NCBI GenBank assembly: GCA_024704765.1
Contig: JAKMXF010000318.1
Span: 304,159 to 368,158, forward strand
Direction of reading: 5' to 3'
DNA from: Oopsacas minuta
Lineage: Eukaryota; Animalia; Porifera
Length of the DNA: 64,000 bases
The position numbers and the translations under genes are program-made. Below are positions 21,618 through 33,570 of this stretch, piece after piece. Under the pieces are notes generated by a model. The model was given only the letters and a program-made list of their open reading frames with translations. It was not told where the DNA came from and did not search any database. Position 1 is the first letter of the stretch, and each line of letters starts with the position of its first letter.

Positions 21618-22039
21618 TTTTGACTTAAGTTGATATGTATATTTACTTAAATGAGTTTAATGTTGGTAGTATTTATACTTTAATGAATGACTCAAAAATA
21701 CAAAAATATATCTAAATTTAGGAAATATGACTGGAATTTTTGGTAGCTGGCCCAATCGCAGGGGATATTCCGAAAATGTTTGAACTAGACAATACAGCCA
21801 TTATTCTAAAAATAGATCATTTCAATTTTGTTGCTAGATTTTTTCAAGTTATACCCTGAATATATCAGTTTCACTAATAAAAATGCTATTGAAAGTAGTA
21901 TAAGAGTATGTTATATATAAATATTAAATATCAGCCCTGGCTATAAATATAGATTCTATAAGTTTCAGTGATTAGTAAGAGGTTTAACATAAGATGGGAG
22001 ATATAAGAGAATTCCAAAATAAGAGTCTAATACATGTTG

Positions 22040-25000
22040 TTACATTGGTACTTCCACAGAGTCAAGGATATCGGGTTGCTGAGATTGAACACGTACGTTA
22101 CGTGAGAAGGAAGGGGTAGAGCTAGAGGGGAGGGGAGCTAGATTGACTTGGGGTCTCTTAACGACTTCTCTAGGAGGAGCGTTGTAGTAGGGTAACCTGG
22201 GTCTCTGGTGAGATACAGAGGACAGATAGGAAGAGGAGGCAGATGATTGGGGAGAGTGCGAGGATTCAAAATATCTGGTGTTTGGATTCGTGAAAATTAG
22301 ATCGAATGGAGGTTCAAATTGTGACCGCTTGTCACTGACAGAACTACTGACTTGACTGATGTCATCTCCGAACACAAGATGCAGGTCACTATCCTCTCCA
22401 AGAAGAGTAGGAGGAGCGGGAGATTCTTCGTTATAATCATGTAGTGTTGGAATAGAATTACATTCCTTAACCAAATCTTTATTAGCATCTATAATCTGTT
22501 TGATTTCTTCATCAGTCATAGGCACGAGTGTAGTAGAATTAGAATTAGAATTAATGGATATTCCTATCCCTGAAGATCTGGGAGTAGAATATATGGGTGG
22601 ATTCCCTGTACTCTCTCTTACTTCAGACAAATTGTTGTTCTTTAACACTTCCCATACATGAGAAGACTTAGCAGAATCAACTCTGTACGTAGCATTGAAG
22701 CAGAATATGTAACGACATACATACAAAATAACGAGGGTAATCATGATAAGAGCTATCAATAGTAGCATCAACAGGAGTATAGGAGTTACAACAAAATACC
22801 AATAGCTTGGCAGAGGTAGAAGTATTCTATCATTCAAGAACAATGAGAAAGATAGCGAGCTATTTCTAGGAGGATTTCCTCTGTCAGTAACTGTAACATT
22901 ACCGTAATAGGTCTCATTTGTAATTAACTCGATATCTGCAGTAAAGTCACTGGAAATAGATAGAACACCAGTTACATTATTCAGTACTAACCAATTGAGT
23001 TCAATACTTAATATGTATACCAGCATACCGTCTCTACCTATGTCTTCATCACTTGCTTCAAAACGAGCTACAAACTGGTTAGCAAAGTAATTGCTCAGAT
23101 GAATTCTCTGATCGGAGTTATTAGAGAACTCAGGAGTATGGTCATTTATTGGGATTACTATGATATACAGCGTTGTATCAGCTATGACGTCATTAGACTC
23201 AGCATGTATAGATAGTGTATAGTTGTTTGTAGCATTAGCTAGATCCACCTCTAATAAGCCTGATATGGACAGGTTACCTGATTGTGTCAGTGCAAAGAGA
23301 GATTTTTGATATTCTCCAGAAATAGAAAATACAGGAATGTTGTAGTTGTCATAACAGACGAATAGAGAGAAGTCTCTGAGAGTGTGGTTATCGTATTCTC
23401 CCTCGTTCAGGGATATCTCATATATATCCTCTGTAAATTGTAGAGAAGGTTGGATCTCATTAACAAATAGTACATTCAAAGAAGTGAGCTCTGTGTGATC
23501 AGCATCACACTCATGTTTAAGAGTAATATCACAGAGAGCATAATCTGTACACATGACGTTAGATACCACTGAGACATTATTATCTACAACATTGACTGTA
23601 AAGCTACTGCCATCGGAAGATATGGTAAAATCCACAGAACTACTGTTGGCAGAGAGTAGAAAGAGAGTAGAATTAATAGGTTTGTTAGACTCTAAACAAA
23701 CAGTATATGTAGAGTATAGCAGTATAGGTTCCCTCTTTGTTATATTAATACTGATATTAGTGAGAATGGATTCACAGTCTCGAGAAGGATTGTTTGGATT
23801 AGGACAATGGGAAGCAGAGAATTGTCTACGTATCTGTCCATGAGGGAGACACGCTTTCAAGAAGAGGTCCCCTGTATTAGAGTCGAGTAGGAAGGTATCG
23901 TTACCAGTTTTATTCAGATGATAATAAATAGGTTGATTAGTATTATCAATATCATAGGCATGTAGAGTTAGTAGTTTAGAGCCTAGAGGTGAATTGACAG
24001 GTAATATATAGTCTGTTATGCTGAACATTATAGGATTATCATTAAGGTTTTCTACGTAGACTGATACATTAAGGTTATTGGTTAATGGAGGCATTCCTGT
24101 ATCTGTACATCTAAGAATGAGATTAAGCATTCTCACTTCTTCATAGTCAAGCCCTGTAGTTAGCTGAACTACACCAGTAGAGCTATCTATGATAAAATTA
24201 GCCTCATAGCCTTCTGCGGATTGTATTGAATACTGGAGGTTAGCATTTATACCAATATCATTATCTGTACATTTGAGTGTGTATATTTCACTCAGGTTAT
24301 TCTCAGGTACATGTATACAGTCTGAGGGAGGGCCAAATATCTGAGGAGCATTGTCATTAACATCTGTTATAATGACAATTAATTTTAAATAAGAAGTTCT
24401 ATTTGGTGTATCTGGAAAGTTTGTATCGTTAGTCACATTAAGCTGGAATATGAGCTCATATTGAGATACGGATTCTCTATCTAAACTACCGTCGAATTGT
24501 AAATTCCATTGTAATTTTCTCTCAAGTTTTTCAACAAAGAAAGGCTTTGCAGATGAGTTGTCAGGATACGTCATTACAGCGACAGTAGCAGAGGCATTAT
24601 TTGGCAGGACTGGTTCTAAAGATATGAGAGATAGGGAAATAATTACTTTATTCTCCTCCACCAATATAAAATTTCCATTTTCATTAGATTGCAAATTAGT
24701 AAATGTCATCTGGGAAGGTTCAGACACGTCGATTACCTCCACGCTAAAATTCGTAAACTCGAACAGCCCAGGAGTCCCTAAATCTAATGCTTGTATAGAC
24801 ATCTCAAGATAATCGAACTTATCAAAATCCAACTCTCTAAATAAACTAACATTTCCTGTAAATTTATTGATCCAGAAAGGAGAGAGATACTCGTCTACGC
24901 TCAACTCTTTACCGTCTTTGAATGCTCTTTGTGATATAATTGAGTATACTATTTCGCCGTTAGAACCTTCATCTGAGTCTTGTGCAGTAAACACACCCAC

Positions 25001-25732
25001 TTCACGTCCAGGGGCTGCATCTTCTGAAATCTTAAAGAAGGAATTATGACTACAAAACTGCGGAGTATTATCATTGACATCATTGACTGTAATATTTATA
25101 ATTGCTACTGTATTGTTTCTACCGTCGAAGGCTGTTAGGTTGAAATAGAAATGAGAGGTAGCCTCTCTGTCAATAAGGTTACTGCTAGTGAGGGAAGGAT
25201 TATCAGGATCAGAAGAGAAATTGAAGTATTCAAGGGTTCTGTCAGCTCCAACCAAACTATAAGATTTGACGTCATAAGGTGGATTATCATGGTCTATTGC
25301 CTTAGGTAGTGATATGACTATCGTAACGGATTGATTATTTGAATGATGCTCTGATGTATATATTACGTATTCTGTATTCATAAATTCAGGAAGGTGATTA
25401 TTCGTATCCTTGACGTGGACAGTAAAACGACCAGCAGTATCATTTATGAGAACAGTACAAGAGAAATTTTGCCTAATGAACTCAAGATTGAAGTCAAAAA
25501 CCCGAATGAACCTCAGTCCTCCATTTTCGTATATGAAAAATCTACAATCATCTTGATTAGAATTGTATATTTCGATATTTTCTGGTTCAGCAAACACTTC
25601 AGTACCAATAGTATCGGAGGTTTCAAAGTTGTAATCATTTTGACATAGGACAGTAGTGAGATAGAGAAGAGAGAGCAAGAGAGAGAGAGAGAGGGAGAGG
25701 GAGAGGGAGAGAGAGAGAGAGAGCAGATACAT
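22040..25732 (-). CDS. Cadherin-repeat type I membrane protein (protocadherin/FAT-like), 1230 aa
   Basis: Signal peptide; multiple cadherin Ca-binding motifs (DTNNHLPEF, LIDRE, DVNDNTPQF, AQDSDEG, LDRE, DVNDNAP, LDYE, INDHTPEF, DRGNPP); one TM helix; S/P-rich cytoplasmic tail; intronless. Confidence 0.9.
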   Translation of the reverse strand: MYLLSLSLSLSLSLSLSLLLSLLYLTTVLCQNDYNFETSDTIGTEVFAEPENIEIYNSNQDDCRFFIYENGGLRFIRVFDFNLEFIRQNFSCTVLINDTAGRFTVHVKDTNNHLPEFMNTEYVIYTSEHHSNNQSVTIVISLPKAIDHDNPPYDVKSYSLVGADRTLEYFNFSSDPDNPSLTSSNLIDREATSHFYFNLTAFDGRNNTVAIINITVNDVNDNTPQFCSHNSFFKISEDAAPGREVGVFTAQDSDEGSNGEIVYSIISQRAFKDGKELSVDEYLSPFWINKFTGNVSLFRELDFDKFDYLEMSIQALDLGTPGLFEFTNFSVEVIDVSEPSQMTFTNLQSNENGNFILVEENKVIISLSLISLEPVLPNNASATVAVMTYPDNSSAKPFFVEKLERKLQWNLQFDGSLDRESVSQYELIFQLNVTNDTNFPDTPNRTSYLKLIVIITDVNDNAPQIFGPPSDCIHVPENNLSEIYTLKCTDNDIGINANLQYSIQSAEGYEANFIIDSSTGVVQLTTGLDYEEVRMLNLILRCTDTGMPPLTNNLNVSVYVENLNDNPIMFSITDYILPVNSPLGSKLLTLHAYDIDNTNQPIYYHLNKTGNDTFLLDSNTGDLFLKACLPHGQIRRQFSASHCPNPNNPSRDCESILTNISINITKREPILLYSTYTVCLESNKPINSTLFLLSANSSSVDFTISSDGSSFTVNVVDNNVSVVSNVMCTDYALCDITLKHECDADHTELTSLNVLFVNEIQPSLQFTEDIYEISLNEGEYDNHTLRDFSLFVCYDNYNIPVFSISGEYQKSLFALTQSGNLSISGLLEVDLANATNNYTLSIHAESNDVIADTTLYIIVIPINDHTPEFSNNSDQRIHLSNYFANQFVARFEASDEDIGRDGMLVYILSIELNWLVLNNVTGVLSISSDFTADIELITNETYYGNVTVTDRGNPPRNSSLSFSLFLNDRILLPLPSYWYFVVTPILLLMLLLIALIMITLVILYVCRYIFCFNATYRVDSAKSSHVWEVLKNNNLSEVRESTGNPPIYSTPRSSGIGISINSNSNSTTLVPMTDEEIKQIIDANKDLVKECNSIPTLHDYNEESPAPPTLLGEDSDLHLVFGDDISQVSSSVSDKRSQFEPPFDLIFTNPNTRYFESSHSPQSSASSSYLSSVSHQRPRLPYYNAPPREVVKRPQVNLAPLPSSSTPSFSRNVRVQSQQPDILDSVEVPM
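25677..25723. repeat. (GA)n/(GAGAGG)n microsatellite inside the cadherin signal-peptide coding sequence
   Basis: AAGAGAGAGAGAGAGAGGGAGAGGGAGAGGGAGAGAGAGAGAGAGAG; the minus strand encodes LSLSLSLSLSLSLSL. Confidence 0.9.
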
Positions 25733-25863
25733 CAGCTATCAAATTATGATAAATAATATAAATCATATATAGTAGGTGATACTTTGTATTAAATAATCAA
25801 AAAGAGACAGCCGGTATCAATAAATAAGATATCACGAGATGTTCGGTATGTTGGTTTGTTATA

Positions 25864-27792
25864 CTACTGTTTGCCGGAATAATTCTTTTTGAGTTTCGGA
25901 TTAGTAGTTTGTTGATATTTCTGTAATTTGTTGCTTGTAAGACTAGCTTTGAAATTTCTATCAATTCTCTCACTAATGCTGTTATTTGTTTGTTGTTGAT
26001 TATTTGTATGTCTGTTCTCTTGTTTTGATAGAACCAAGTTCTGTACACAGCTGGACACTTTATAACTTCTGATGTACTCAGTCTCTCTCTGTAGATCTAT
26101 ATTACTCTTACGGGAGCGGAGTAGGTCCCAGGTACAGGCGTTATCTTTCGCATTTTCAGAACACATGCTCTGCTGACTGGATATAGATCTAGATTTGGTT
26201 AGAGAAGAAACAGTTCTTGAATCAGCCTCGCTCTTCTCGTCTTCCTCCCCCTCTGTTCCCATCTCCAACTCTCCGTTAACACTCCCAGTGAATGGTCTCA
26301 TTTTAAGGTTTCTACGACTATTAGAGTCTCTAGAGGATGATCTGTTAGGTCTGTGTTTAATGGGATTAGGTGGGGGTGACGTAACCTCTTCTCTGAGACT
26401 ATAGAACTGACTTCTAGTGAGAGATGTAGTGAATGCGTTCGGTGAGAATAATTGTATCCCTGATAGACTGGTGGTAGCTGGAGGCTCTTGTTGTATGTTT
26501 GTATTAGATTTGGTAGCAAATAAAAGATTGAATTGTAAAGTCAGCTGATTGACAGAACTGTCAAATATATGACGTGTCCATATAGATATATCTGGTGTAT
26601 CTTTAGCTCTAGCTCTTAGCTCTGCTATCTTTTGATTCATAACATCTTCAAAACCGGAAACAGCTGTTTCGTCATACTCTAGACTGTGTAGACTTGTGCC
26701 AGAGGGGAGGAGAGAGGGTATCAATATGAAATTGGAAGGATTGGGTCTCAGTTTACCAACCTGTCCTATATGAGAACATGTATTGACGTCACAAGCAATG
26801 TAGCAGTATTTACAAGCGGAACAGAAGAGAAGGCGTGAATACCCCCAAGCTCTCCAGAATCTGTCTCTAGCTGATGCACCCTGTCTCCTCATATCGTCCA
26901 GCTCCTGACGGACAGACCAGATAGGATCTCTCCTATGCATATAGAATAGACTGCCTTGATGAGATACTCTTATCTGAGTTGAACAACTGCCACACAGGAA
27001 CATAGATTCTAGACCAGAGATTATACAGTGCTGACAGTCTAAGCACTTGTACACTGAGTTAAGAGCAAATGGTTGTGAGTTATCATTATTGTATGAGTCT
27101 ATTATAATCTTTAGTTTAGATGCAAATAGTTTATCTCTTATCAAATCCTTAGGATCTTGTATCTCCTCTACCTGAGCACATGTCAGCAGGTTGGATAGCT
27201 TGTCAATAGATAATTGGTTAAGGCATTCTGTAGAGGTATGCATTGCTAATACAGCATTTATATTCTCAGATATGAACAAGATACAGGTGTATACTAGATC
27301 TGGCATACCTAGATACTCAGAGGATACTAATACACTAAATACACGCTTAGCGTCTAGTTTCGGTCGAGGATGTGATAAGGAGTGAGGAGAAGAGCTCATT
27401 ATGTAGTCCATTAGCCAGGAGAATACTTGTAGATCACAGTGTACTGATATGTCAATCTCCTGCCAATTGTCTTGATAGGTAGACAGATTGTCACGGAAAT
27501 ATGTCATAGAGCTGAGTAGCAGAGAAGCAGGACAGATAAAGTTCTTTGTAAGAGCATGAGCATCATCTATAACCCGTATAGTTATAAGATCAGCACAATC
27601 GGGGGGTGATATGAGTCTAGAATTGGATGGGAGAGGATGTCTGTGTATAGGATCAGGAGAACTGAGGGATGGTAGACTCTTTGAGGATTTGACACCATTA
27701 ATACAGTGAGCATCTTTATTTACTAATCTGTAAGCTAGTCCTGGAGTATTGATATCTTGCTTCTGAGTGTTTCTTTGTTTGAGCGAATTCAT
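25864..27792 (-). CDS. SANBR: SANT and BTB domain regulator of CSR (KIAA1841/DUF3342)
   Basis: ITIRVIDDAHALTKNFICPASLLLSSMTYF...EIDISVHCDLQVFSWLMDY, SVLVSSEYLGM, DLIRDKLF, WDLLRSRKSNIDLQRE. Confidence 0.85.
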   Translation of the reverse strand: MNSLKQRNTQKQDINTPGLAYRLVNKDAHCINGVKSSKSLPSLSSPDPIHRHPLPSNSRLISPPDCADLITIRVIDDAHALTKNFICPASLLLSSMTYFRDNLSTYQDNWQEIDISVHCDLQVFSWLMDYIMSSSPHSLSHPRPKLDAKRVFSVLVSSEYLGMPDLVYTCILFISENINAVLAMHTSTECLNQLSIDKLSNLLTCAQVEEIQDPKDLIRDKLFASKLKIIIDSYNNDNSQPFALNSVYKCLDCQHCIISGLESMFLCGSCSTQIRVSHQGSLFYMHRRDPIWSVRQELDDMRRQGASARDRFWRAWGYSRLLFCSACKYCYIACDVNTCSHIGQVGKLRPNPSNFILIPSLLPSGTSLHSLEYDETAVSGFEDVMNQKIAELRARAKDTPDISIWTRHIFDSSVNQLTLQFNLLFATKSNTNIQQEPPATTSLSGIQLFSPNAFTTSLTRSQFYSLREEVTSPPPNPIKHRPNRSSSRDSNSRRNLKMRPFTGSVNGELEMGTEGEEDEKSEADSRTVSSLTKSRSISSQQSMCSENAKDNACTWDLLRSRKSNIDLQRETEYIRSYKVSSCVQNLVLSKQENRHTNNQQQTNNSISERIDRNFKASLTSNKLQKYQQTTNPKLKKNYSGKQ

Positions 27793-28087
27793 TATTGAGT
27801 GATCGGATTGTTTATAGTAGCTTTATGTGTTTGTAAACTTTGGTTGTCTCTAATTGTGTGCCACATATAACATTCTAATAAATAAATATCCATATAGTAA
27901 AGAGTAGAGTGCAGTAATTTTAGATTCCTCCCATCTCTAATTTGATAAATAGTAGAAATATCATATTGAGAGAATAAGAGTTGTAACTAAATATTCATTT
28001 ATGCAGAGGATGCGAGTATATCTCATATAAAGCTGGGGGAATACATTTGCTTGATCGTTTAATAAGTCTATAATCTTCTAGATAACT

Positions 28088-28726
28088 ATGCTACTAATCT
28101 CTATTGGTATTTTTATCCTTATAACAACTACTATAACAAATCAACTACGGTTAGAGATAGACCTTCCTGCTAGGCCAGATATCTCTGAAAATTTCTTTGC
28201 TAGAGTATTATCTAATCTCTCTACCAATAGTGTTAATGTACAGAATAATATTACACTAAACAGGATGTATTCTGAAGGGAAACAGTGCTCTAGAGGGTGT
28301 CAAGTATGGAAGGGACGGCCTGGTAAGGAGTGTAGCTATACACTAGTGAGAGAGGACCTGAAGCTAGAGTATGCTGCTGATATAAAGAATAATACTCTAC
28401 AGAATTGTTACAAGACTGTACTGAATGGAGACGAAATTATCAAGTTATGGAAATGGATATTAAACGCTACTTATCTTGGCAGAGAAAAGGACAATAACGG
28501 AGACATGGTAGATATATGGCATCAGCTAGAAGCAGACGGAGATACATCAGAATACCTGGAGAATAAGATAGCTGTGAGTACAATAGATCCTAATATACCT
28601 GTGTATGTCAAACAGACATACAGATCTTCTGAAAACTCTGATAACTATGTTTTTCGGTATTACAACTTTACAACTAAAGTCAGTGAGGATGAATTTAAAA
28701 TACCTACAAAATGTAACGGTGTGTAA
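28088..28726 (+). CDS. Secreted ependymin-related (EPDR)-like protein
   Basis: Signal peptide, 212 aa, few Cys, ends YYNFTTKVSEDEFKIPTKC, resembling the EPDR C-terminal F-x-x-P-x-x-C motif. Confidence 0.5.
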   Translation: MLLISIGIFILITTTITNQLRLEIDLPARPDISENFFARVLSNLSTNSVNVQNNITLNRMYSEGKQCSRGCQVWKGRPGKECSYTLVREDLKLEYAADIKNNTLQNCYKTVLNGDEIIKLWKWILNATYLGREKDNNGDMVDIWHQLEADGDTSEYLENKIAVSTIDPNIPVYVKQTYRSSENSDNYVFRYYNFTTKVSEDEFKIPTKCNGV

Positions 28727-28779
28727 AGTGTGTATATTCATACTGATTTAATTATTTTAAAATATAACCAACTAATACT

Positions 28780-31700
28780 TCATTGAGTGTCTTTAACTAA
28801 TTTTAATCTTGGTACTATGTTCATTGATATCAACTCTTGGAATAATAGCTTACAAGCATATGGGATGTTTACACTAGAAATAGTGCTGGAGGATTGACAG
28901 AAGTGACACCAGTTAGAATAAGCGAATAATCCACAGGTATTACATACTTCTACTCTATAGCTGTCACTAGAAATCATAAGACGTTCTATTACTAACATGC
29001 TAGCTCCGTAACCGATTAGACAATCTCTCTCCATCTCTCCCAAGCGGAGGCCTCCTTCTCTGGACCGTCCTTCTGTCGGCTGTCTCGTCATGAGGGACCT
29101 AGGGCCTCTGGATCTAGCGTGCATCTTGTCAATAACCATGTGCTTAAGCTTCTGATAGTAAACAGGTCCCATGAATATATAGGCTTCTAACGGTTCCCCA
29201 GTCGTGCCTGATGTTACCATATCTTTACCGTGGTAATTGAATCCGTGTTCTACAAGCTGTGAGCATACTTTATTTATTTTGCAGTCAATGAATGCTGTAC
29301 CGTATGCAAATTCTCCTCGCAATACTCCTGCCTTACCGCATAGAAGTTCTAACAGCTTGCCTACTGTCATTCTGCTGGGAAATCCGTGTGGATTCATAAC
29401 TATATCAGGACATATCCCGGACTCAGAGAAGGGGAGGTTCTCTTGATTGACGATAAGACCACACACCCCTTTCTGACCGTGTCTGCTGGAGAACTTGTCC
29501 CCTACCTCAGGGATACGAGTCTTTCTTAGGAGGGTCTTAATAATCATTGCATCCTCGTTAGAGGAAGTTATCAGCACTTTATCTACATACATATCTTCTG
29601 TCTGTCCTTTATAGGAGAGAGGTGATTCCTTGTGAGATATTGATGTAAGATTACCTACAGGAGGACCTGTTATCTGTTCAGGAATTAATTTATTAACCAG
29701 CACCTGTCTATTTGATATCTTCTCTCCTGGCATAGCTATACCGTCTACATCCAGGATCTGGTGGAGGTATATAGGTTTATCGAACTCATTCAAATGAGGA
29801 CCGTTAATTATATCTAAGGTTCTATTGGGATAACGCTTGATGGCTGTTTGAAACTTCTTGTATACGGTACAACGAGCAAATCCTCTGTCTACAGAGGCCT
29901 GATTGAGTATGACAGCATCTTCTATGTCATAGCCAGAATAAGACATTACTGCTACTGTAGCATTCTGTCCAGCAGGGAGCTTATCAAAGTTTATAATATC
30001 TAGAGTATGCGTTTTGACTAGCGGGGCCTGTGGATACACTAGTGTATACATGAGGGTATCTATTCTATTCAAATAGTTGTATGCTATAACTCCCATGCTC
30101 TGCTTACCCATAGCACATTGATATGTGTTTCTAGGAGATTGATTGTGGTGAGGAAATGGAATTAAACCAGCACAAATACCTAGAATTGTAAAAGGTTCTA
30201 TTTCCATATGAGTTGTTAGAGTAGTGAGCTTATCAACAGTTAATGCAATAGTAGAATCATCCTCTTCATTTACATCCAAGTACTCAATCAGCCCTAACTG
30301 TACGAAGTCTTGGAATGACATCTTCTCTTCTCTAAGGGAGATAAGATGCTCATTAGTCACAAGAGGACATCCCTTCTCTACCACTATATATGGTCTACAC
30401 AGACGGCCTCCATCTGATGATATAAATACTGACTTTTGTTTCTCAATTACAAAGACGTTAATGAAATGTTCTAGGAAACCTGACCGTCTGGTTAAGCGGA
30501 GTACTCTAACTAGTCTGCGGTAATCTCGGGTAACACCTAACAGCTGGCCATTAAGGAACACAGTGTATACAAATGGATAAGAGAATTCAGCACCTGACAA
30601 GTGTAACACATCTTCTACTCCCATGTTATACAGGAAAGCCTCTAGAGATGATTCCTCACATGATGTGGTTATGTGAGTCATGAGAGCTAAGTTCTTTATG
30701 AGACCACAGGACTCTCCCTCAGGGGTGTCAGAGGGACATAGCATACCCCATTGAGACGGGTGTAAGGCTCGAGGACCGCTCACTTTACGAGTTTTCTCGA
30801 AAAGCGAGTTTATACGTGTCATAATTCCGAGAGCAGAAATGTAGGAGAGACGAGAGAGGACCTGAGTAACTCCGCTTCTGTTCATTCTGAATCTTTTCAA
30901 ATTCCAATTACCTGTACTGATAGCATAGATAGTACCGTTAGTTATAATGGAGGGATTCATTATACTCAGTACATCGAATTGTTCCCCTTTCTTACCAATC
31001 TCTCTGTCTACAGACTTCTTTACATCATAATTAAATGTTTTGAATAAATCCTCAAACAGCAAGCCCAGCAGATCTCCTGCTAGCTCTACTCGTTTGTTAC
31101 CATAGTAATCTTTATCGTCGTATTGATCCTTCTTAGCTGATAATAACCTACGCACCATCATAGCTAGATATACAGCTTTCCTTTTAAAATTCAGATTAGC
31201 TGCTGGGATGTGAGTTAGTATCATTTCTCTCAGAAGTTCTTTGCCTTCATCTACACGAGATCTAGCTGTCCAGCCGGTTAAGTATATCTTGTATAATTTC
31301 GATCGTTGTCCTAAATACTCTAGACATTGATCTCTTGTAAACATCTGCTTCTCCTGCGCCTCTTGTATGGACGGTAACATGTTAGCAATTATTTCTTCAG
31401 ATGATCCCACCATTTGTATAATTTCTTGGTCACTAGATAGTCCCATACCCTTCAGTATTATAACTACGGGAATATCTTCAGTAAGAGAGTTGTGTTTAAG
31501 ATAAACTTTACGATAATGTAGCCATACAGAAGTACGGGATTTCCTCTCGTGTGTAGAACTAGTCACGGCACATTCCATAGATCCCTTCCTGTTCTCATCT
31601 ACAATCATACGATTCATAGAGATCTGTTCTTGTATCAATATTACCTTCTCTACTCCTTTAACCACGAAGTATCCCCCTGGGTCATACATACACTCCTTTA

Positions 31701-32163
31701 CTTTAGCTAGTTCTTCATGAGTCTTATCTCTAAGAACACATTTAGAAGACTTCAGCATGATAGGGATACGACCTAGAGGATGATCTTTCCTGATAACCAC
31801 CTGCTTACCCCGTGTGTACTGCAGATCTACAGTTATAGGGGCGGAGTATGTGAGGTCCCTGAGGCGACATTCCTGTGGAGTAGAGTCCCTCGTAGAAGAG
31901 TATGTCTCTTCTATGTCAGGAGTACCCACACGGATATCCAAATATTTGAGGTAGAATCCTGTGTCTGCGTTTGATAGGATTTTATTGTTAGTTTGAAGGA
32001 TCTTTTTAATTCCAACATCTACGAAGTAATCGTAGTTATCTATGTGTTGACGTACTAGTCCCTTCAGTTGGAGGAAAGCTGGGAGGAGTAAGCCTTTATC
32101 ATGGAGAGGTTTGACAGGTTCTATCTGTCCATCTGAGTTCTGGAATTTTGATTGAAAATCCAT
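28780..32163 (-). CDS. POLR3B: RNA polymerase III second-largest subunit RPC2
   Basis: [131 protein letters not shown]. The track start 32175 is TTG; ATG is at 32163. Intronless. Confidence 0.97.
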   Translation of the reverse strand: MDFQSKFQNSDGQIEPVKPLHDKGLLLPAFLQLKGLVRQHIDNYDYFVDVGIKKILQTNNKILSNADTGFYLKYLDIRVGTPDIEETYSSTRDSTPQECRLRDLTYSAPITVDLQYTRGKQVVIRKDHPLGRIPIMLKSSKCVLRDKTHEELAKVKECMYDPGGYFVVKGVEKVILIQEQISMNRMIVDENRKGSMECAVTSSTHERKSRTSVWLHYRKVYLKHNSLTEDIPVVIILKGMGLSSDQEIIQMVGSSEEIIANMLPSIQEAQEKQMFTRDQCLEYLGQRSKLYKIYLTGWTARSRVDEGKELLREMILTHIPAANLNFKRKAVYLAMMVRRLLSAKKDQYDDKDYYGNKRVELAGDLLGLLFEDLFKTFNYDVKKSVDREIGKKGEQFDVLSIMNPSIITNGTIYAISTGNWNLKRFRMNRSGVTQVLSRLSYISALGIMTRINSLFEKTRKVSGPRALHPSQWGMLCPSDTPEGESCGLIKNLALMTHITTSCEESSLEAFLYNMGVEDVLHLSGAEFSYPFVYTVFLNGQLLGVTRDYRRLVRVLRLTRRSGFLEHFINVFVIEKQKSVFISSDGGRLCRPYIVVEKGCPLVTNEHLISLREEKMSFQDFVQLGLIEYLDVNEEDDSTIALTVDKLTTLTTHMEIEPFTILGICAGLIPFPHHNQSPRNTYQCAMGKQSMGVIAYNYLNRIDTLMYTLVYPQAPLVKTHTLDIINFDKLPAGQNATVAVMSYSGYDIEDAVILNQASVDRGFARCTVYKKFQTAIKRYPNRTLDIINGPHLNEFDKPIYLHQILDVDGIAMPGEKISNRQVLVNKLIPEQITGPPVGNLTSISHKESPLSYKGQTEDMYVDKVLITSSNEDAMIIKTLLRKTRIPEVGDKFSSRHGQKGVCGLIVNQENLPFSESGICPDIVMNPHGFPSRMTVGKLLELLCGKAGVLRGEFAYGTAFIDCKINKVCSQLVEHGFNYHGKDMVTSGTTGEPLEAYIFMGPVYYQKLKHMVIDKMHARSRGPRSLMTRQPTEGRSREGGLRLGEMERDCLIGYGASMLVIERLMISSDSYRVEVCNTCGLFAYSNWCHFCQSSSTISSVNIPYACKLLFQELISMNIVPRLKLVKDTQ

Positions 32164-32347
32164 CTTATTTGCCAATTATTTACAAATAAAGTTGTAAATA
32201 TAATCACATAATTCTATGAGGTATATTAATATGTTATTGTTTGTTTGTTTTAATGTATAAGAAGGAGAATAAAGTTGTAAAAGTAAATATTCTTGTTAAA
32301 ATCGATAAATATATACACAAAGTATATTCACATATATATACAGGAAT

Positions 32348-33451
32348 TCAGTCGATTAGAGAAGTATGTAGCTCCATTGAGTTAACAGTAGTATAACGGA
32401 TACTAGCAATCTTCTTAAGAGTATATCCTTGATAACAGCTGTAAAGTAAATAAGCACAATACAGAAGGGAGAGAGATCCGTTCATTACTAGCAAACCAAT
32501 AAACTGCATGTATATAGCTACCAGTTTGAATGGTTGAAACACATTAGCACTGTAAGCTACAGAGTAATGTATATTGAAGTAATACCCAAACCAACAGGAG
32601 TTCTCAAGCACACTACCAATCACTGTAACGATTATAATATCTAACCACTGGCCTGAGAAATATATAAGCAATAAGGCTAGTATAAACATAGAAAAGTATT
32701 TATAAGACCTCTGTAGAGTCTCTTGATGATGGATCACGCTAGGAGCTAGTTTTTGGGAGAGAGCTTCCAGTTTCCTTTGTCTTAACACAAAATATAACCT
32801 TCTAGTTTGTACAATTAGGATTATCAGCTGTACTAACACTATTAAACTATATGCAATGTTACCGAGTATGAGTGTGTACTGAATTGGTGTTATTATCAGA
32901 GTTATTACAGTTAGAACCATGGATATCGATAAATAGATATTGAGAGATCTCCATCGAGGATGTTCTGAGTAAGATTTAATAAGAAATATAGTTAGAGCAT
33001 TAAGCAATACTAACAGCATTATATCAGCTGTATTTGTAAGAGCATACAGGAAGTAATAGCCAGGACCTCTGTGGTAATAGAAGCCGAGAGAACTAACTGG
33101 GTTAATAGTACAAGAATTGGAGAGATTAAGACTTATAACGGAGGGTGTACCTCGTATTTGTAGCACAATAGAATCTATAACTTCAAGAAACTTCTGTATA
33201 CCTTCGTCTACAGAAATAAAGCACAAAAATAGATCTCTTACAAATATGGTCCTTAAGTTGTAAAGAGAATATTTCCTCTCTAAAGTAGAAGGATCATTCT
33301 TCCTCTCTTTCATATCACTATAAGTGTGTATAGCGTGTTTGACTAACGCAACACATCCTATAACAGAGATTGGTACAAGTATAAGATCAATGATTAGATT
33401 AGCATTGTATAGGATCTCTTGTATCGTGATTATAACAGCTGAAGGAATCAT
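32348..33451 (-). CDS. Orphan multi-pass (about 7 TM) membrane protein
   Basis: 367-aa ORF with about 7 hydrophobic segments and basic intracellular-type loops; no rhodopsin DRY or NPxxY motif. Confidence 0.6.
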   Translation of the reverse strand: MIPSAVIITIQEILYNANLIIDLILVPISVIGCVALVKHAIHTYSDMKERKNDPSTLERKYSLYNLRTIFVRDLFLCFISVDEGIQKFLEVIDSIVLQIRGTPSVISLNLSNSCTINPVSSLGFYYHRGPGYYFLYALTNTADIMLLVLLNALTIFLIKSYSEHPRWRSLNIYLSISMVLTVITLIITPIQYTLILGNIAYSLIVLVQLIILIVQTRRLYFVLRQRKLEALSQKLAPSVIHHQETLQRSYKYFSMFILALLLIYFSGQWLDIIIVTVIGSVLENSCWFGYYFNIHYSVAYSANVFQPFKLVAIYMQFIGLLVMNGSLSLLYCAYLLYSCYQGYTLKKIASIRYTTVNSMELHTSLID

Positions 33452-33570
33452 CTATAATTCTAACTGATTTATATAATATAATAAAACTTAATATCACAAA
33501 CTAATATAGTGCATAAACTCAACTACACAGTTAATCTCCTGACACATGTATTTACATATAATACGTATAT

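Noticed and set aside
21735-21770. AATTTTTGG Sm-site-like motif with a weak downstream stem, considered as an snRNA or SL RNA
   Set aside because: No convincing 5' splice donor or stem-loops; such a motif is expected by chance in AT-rich DNA.
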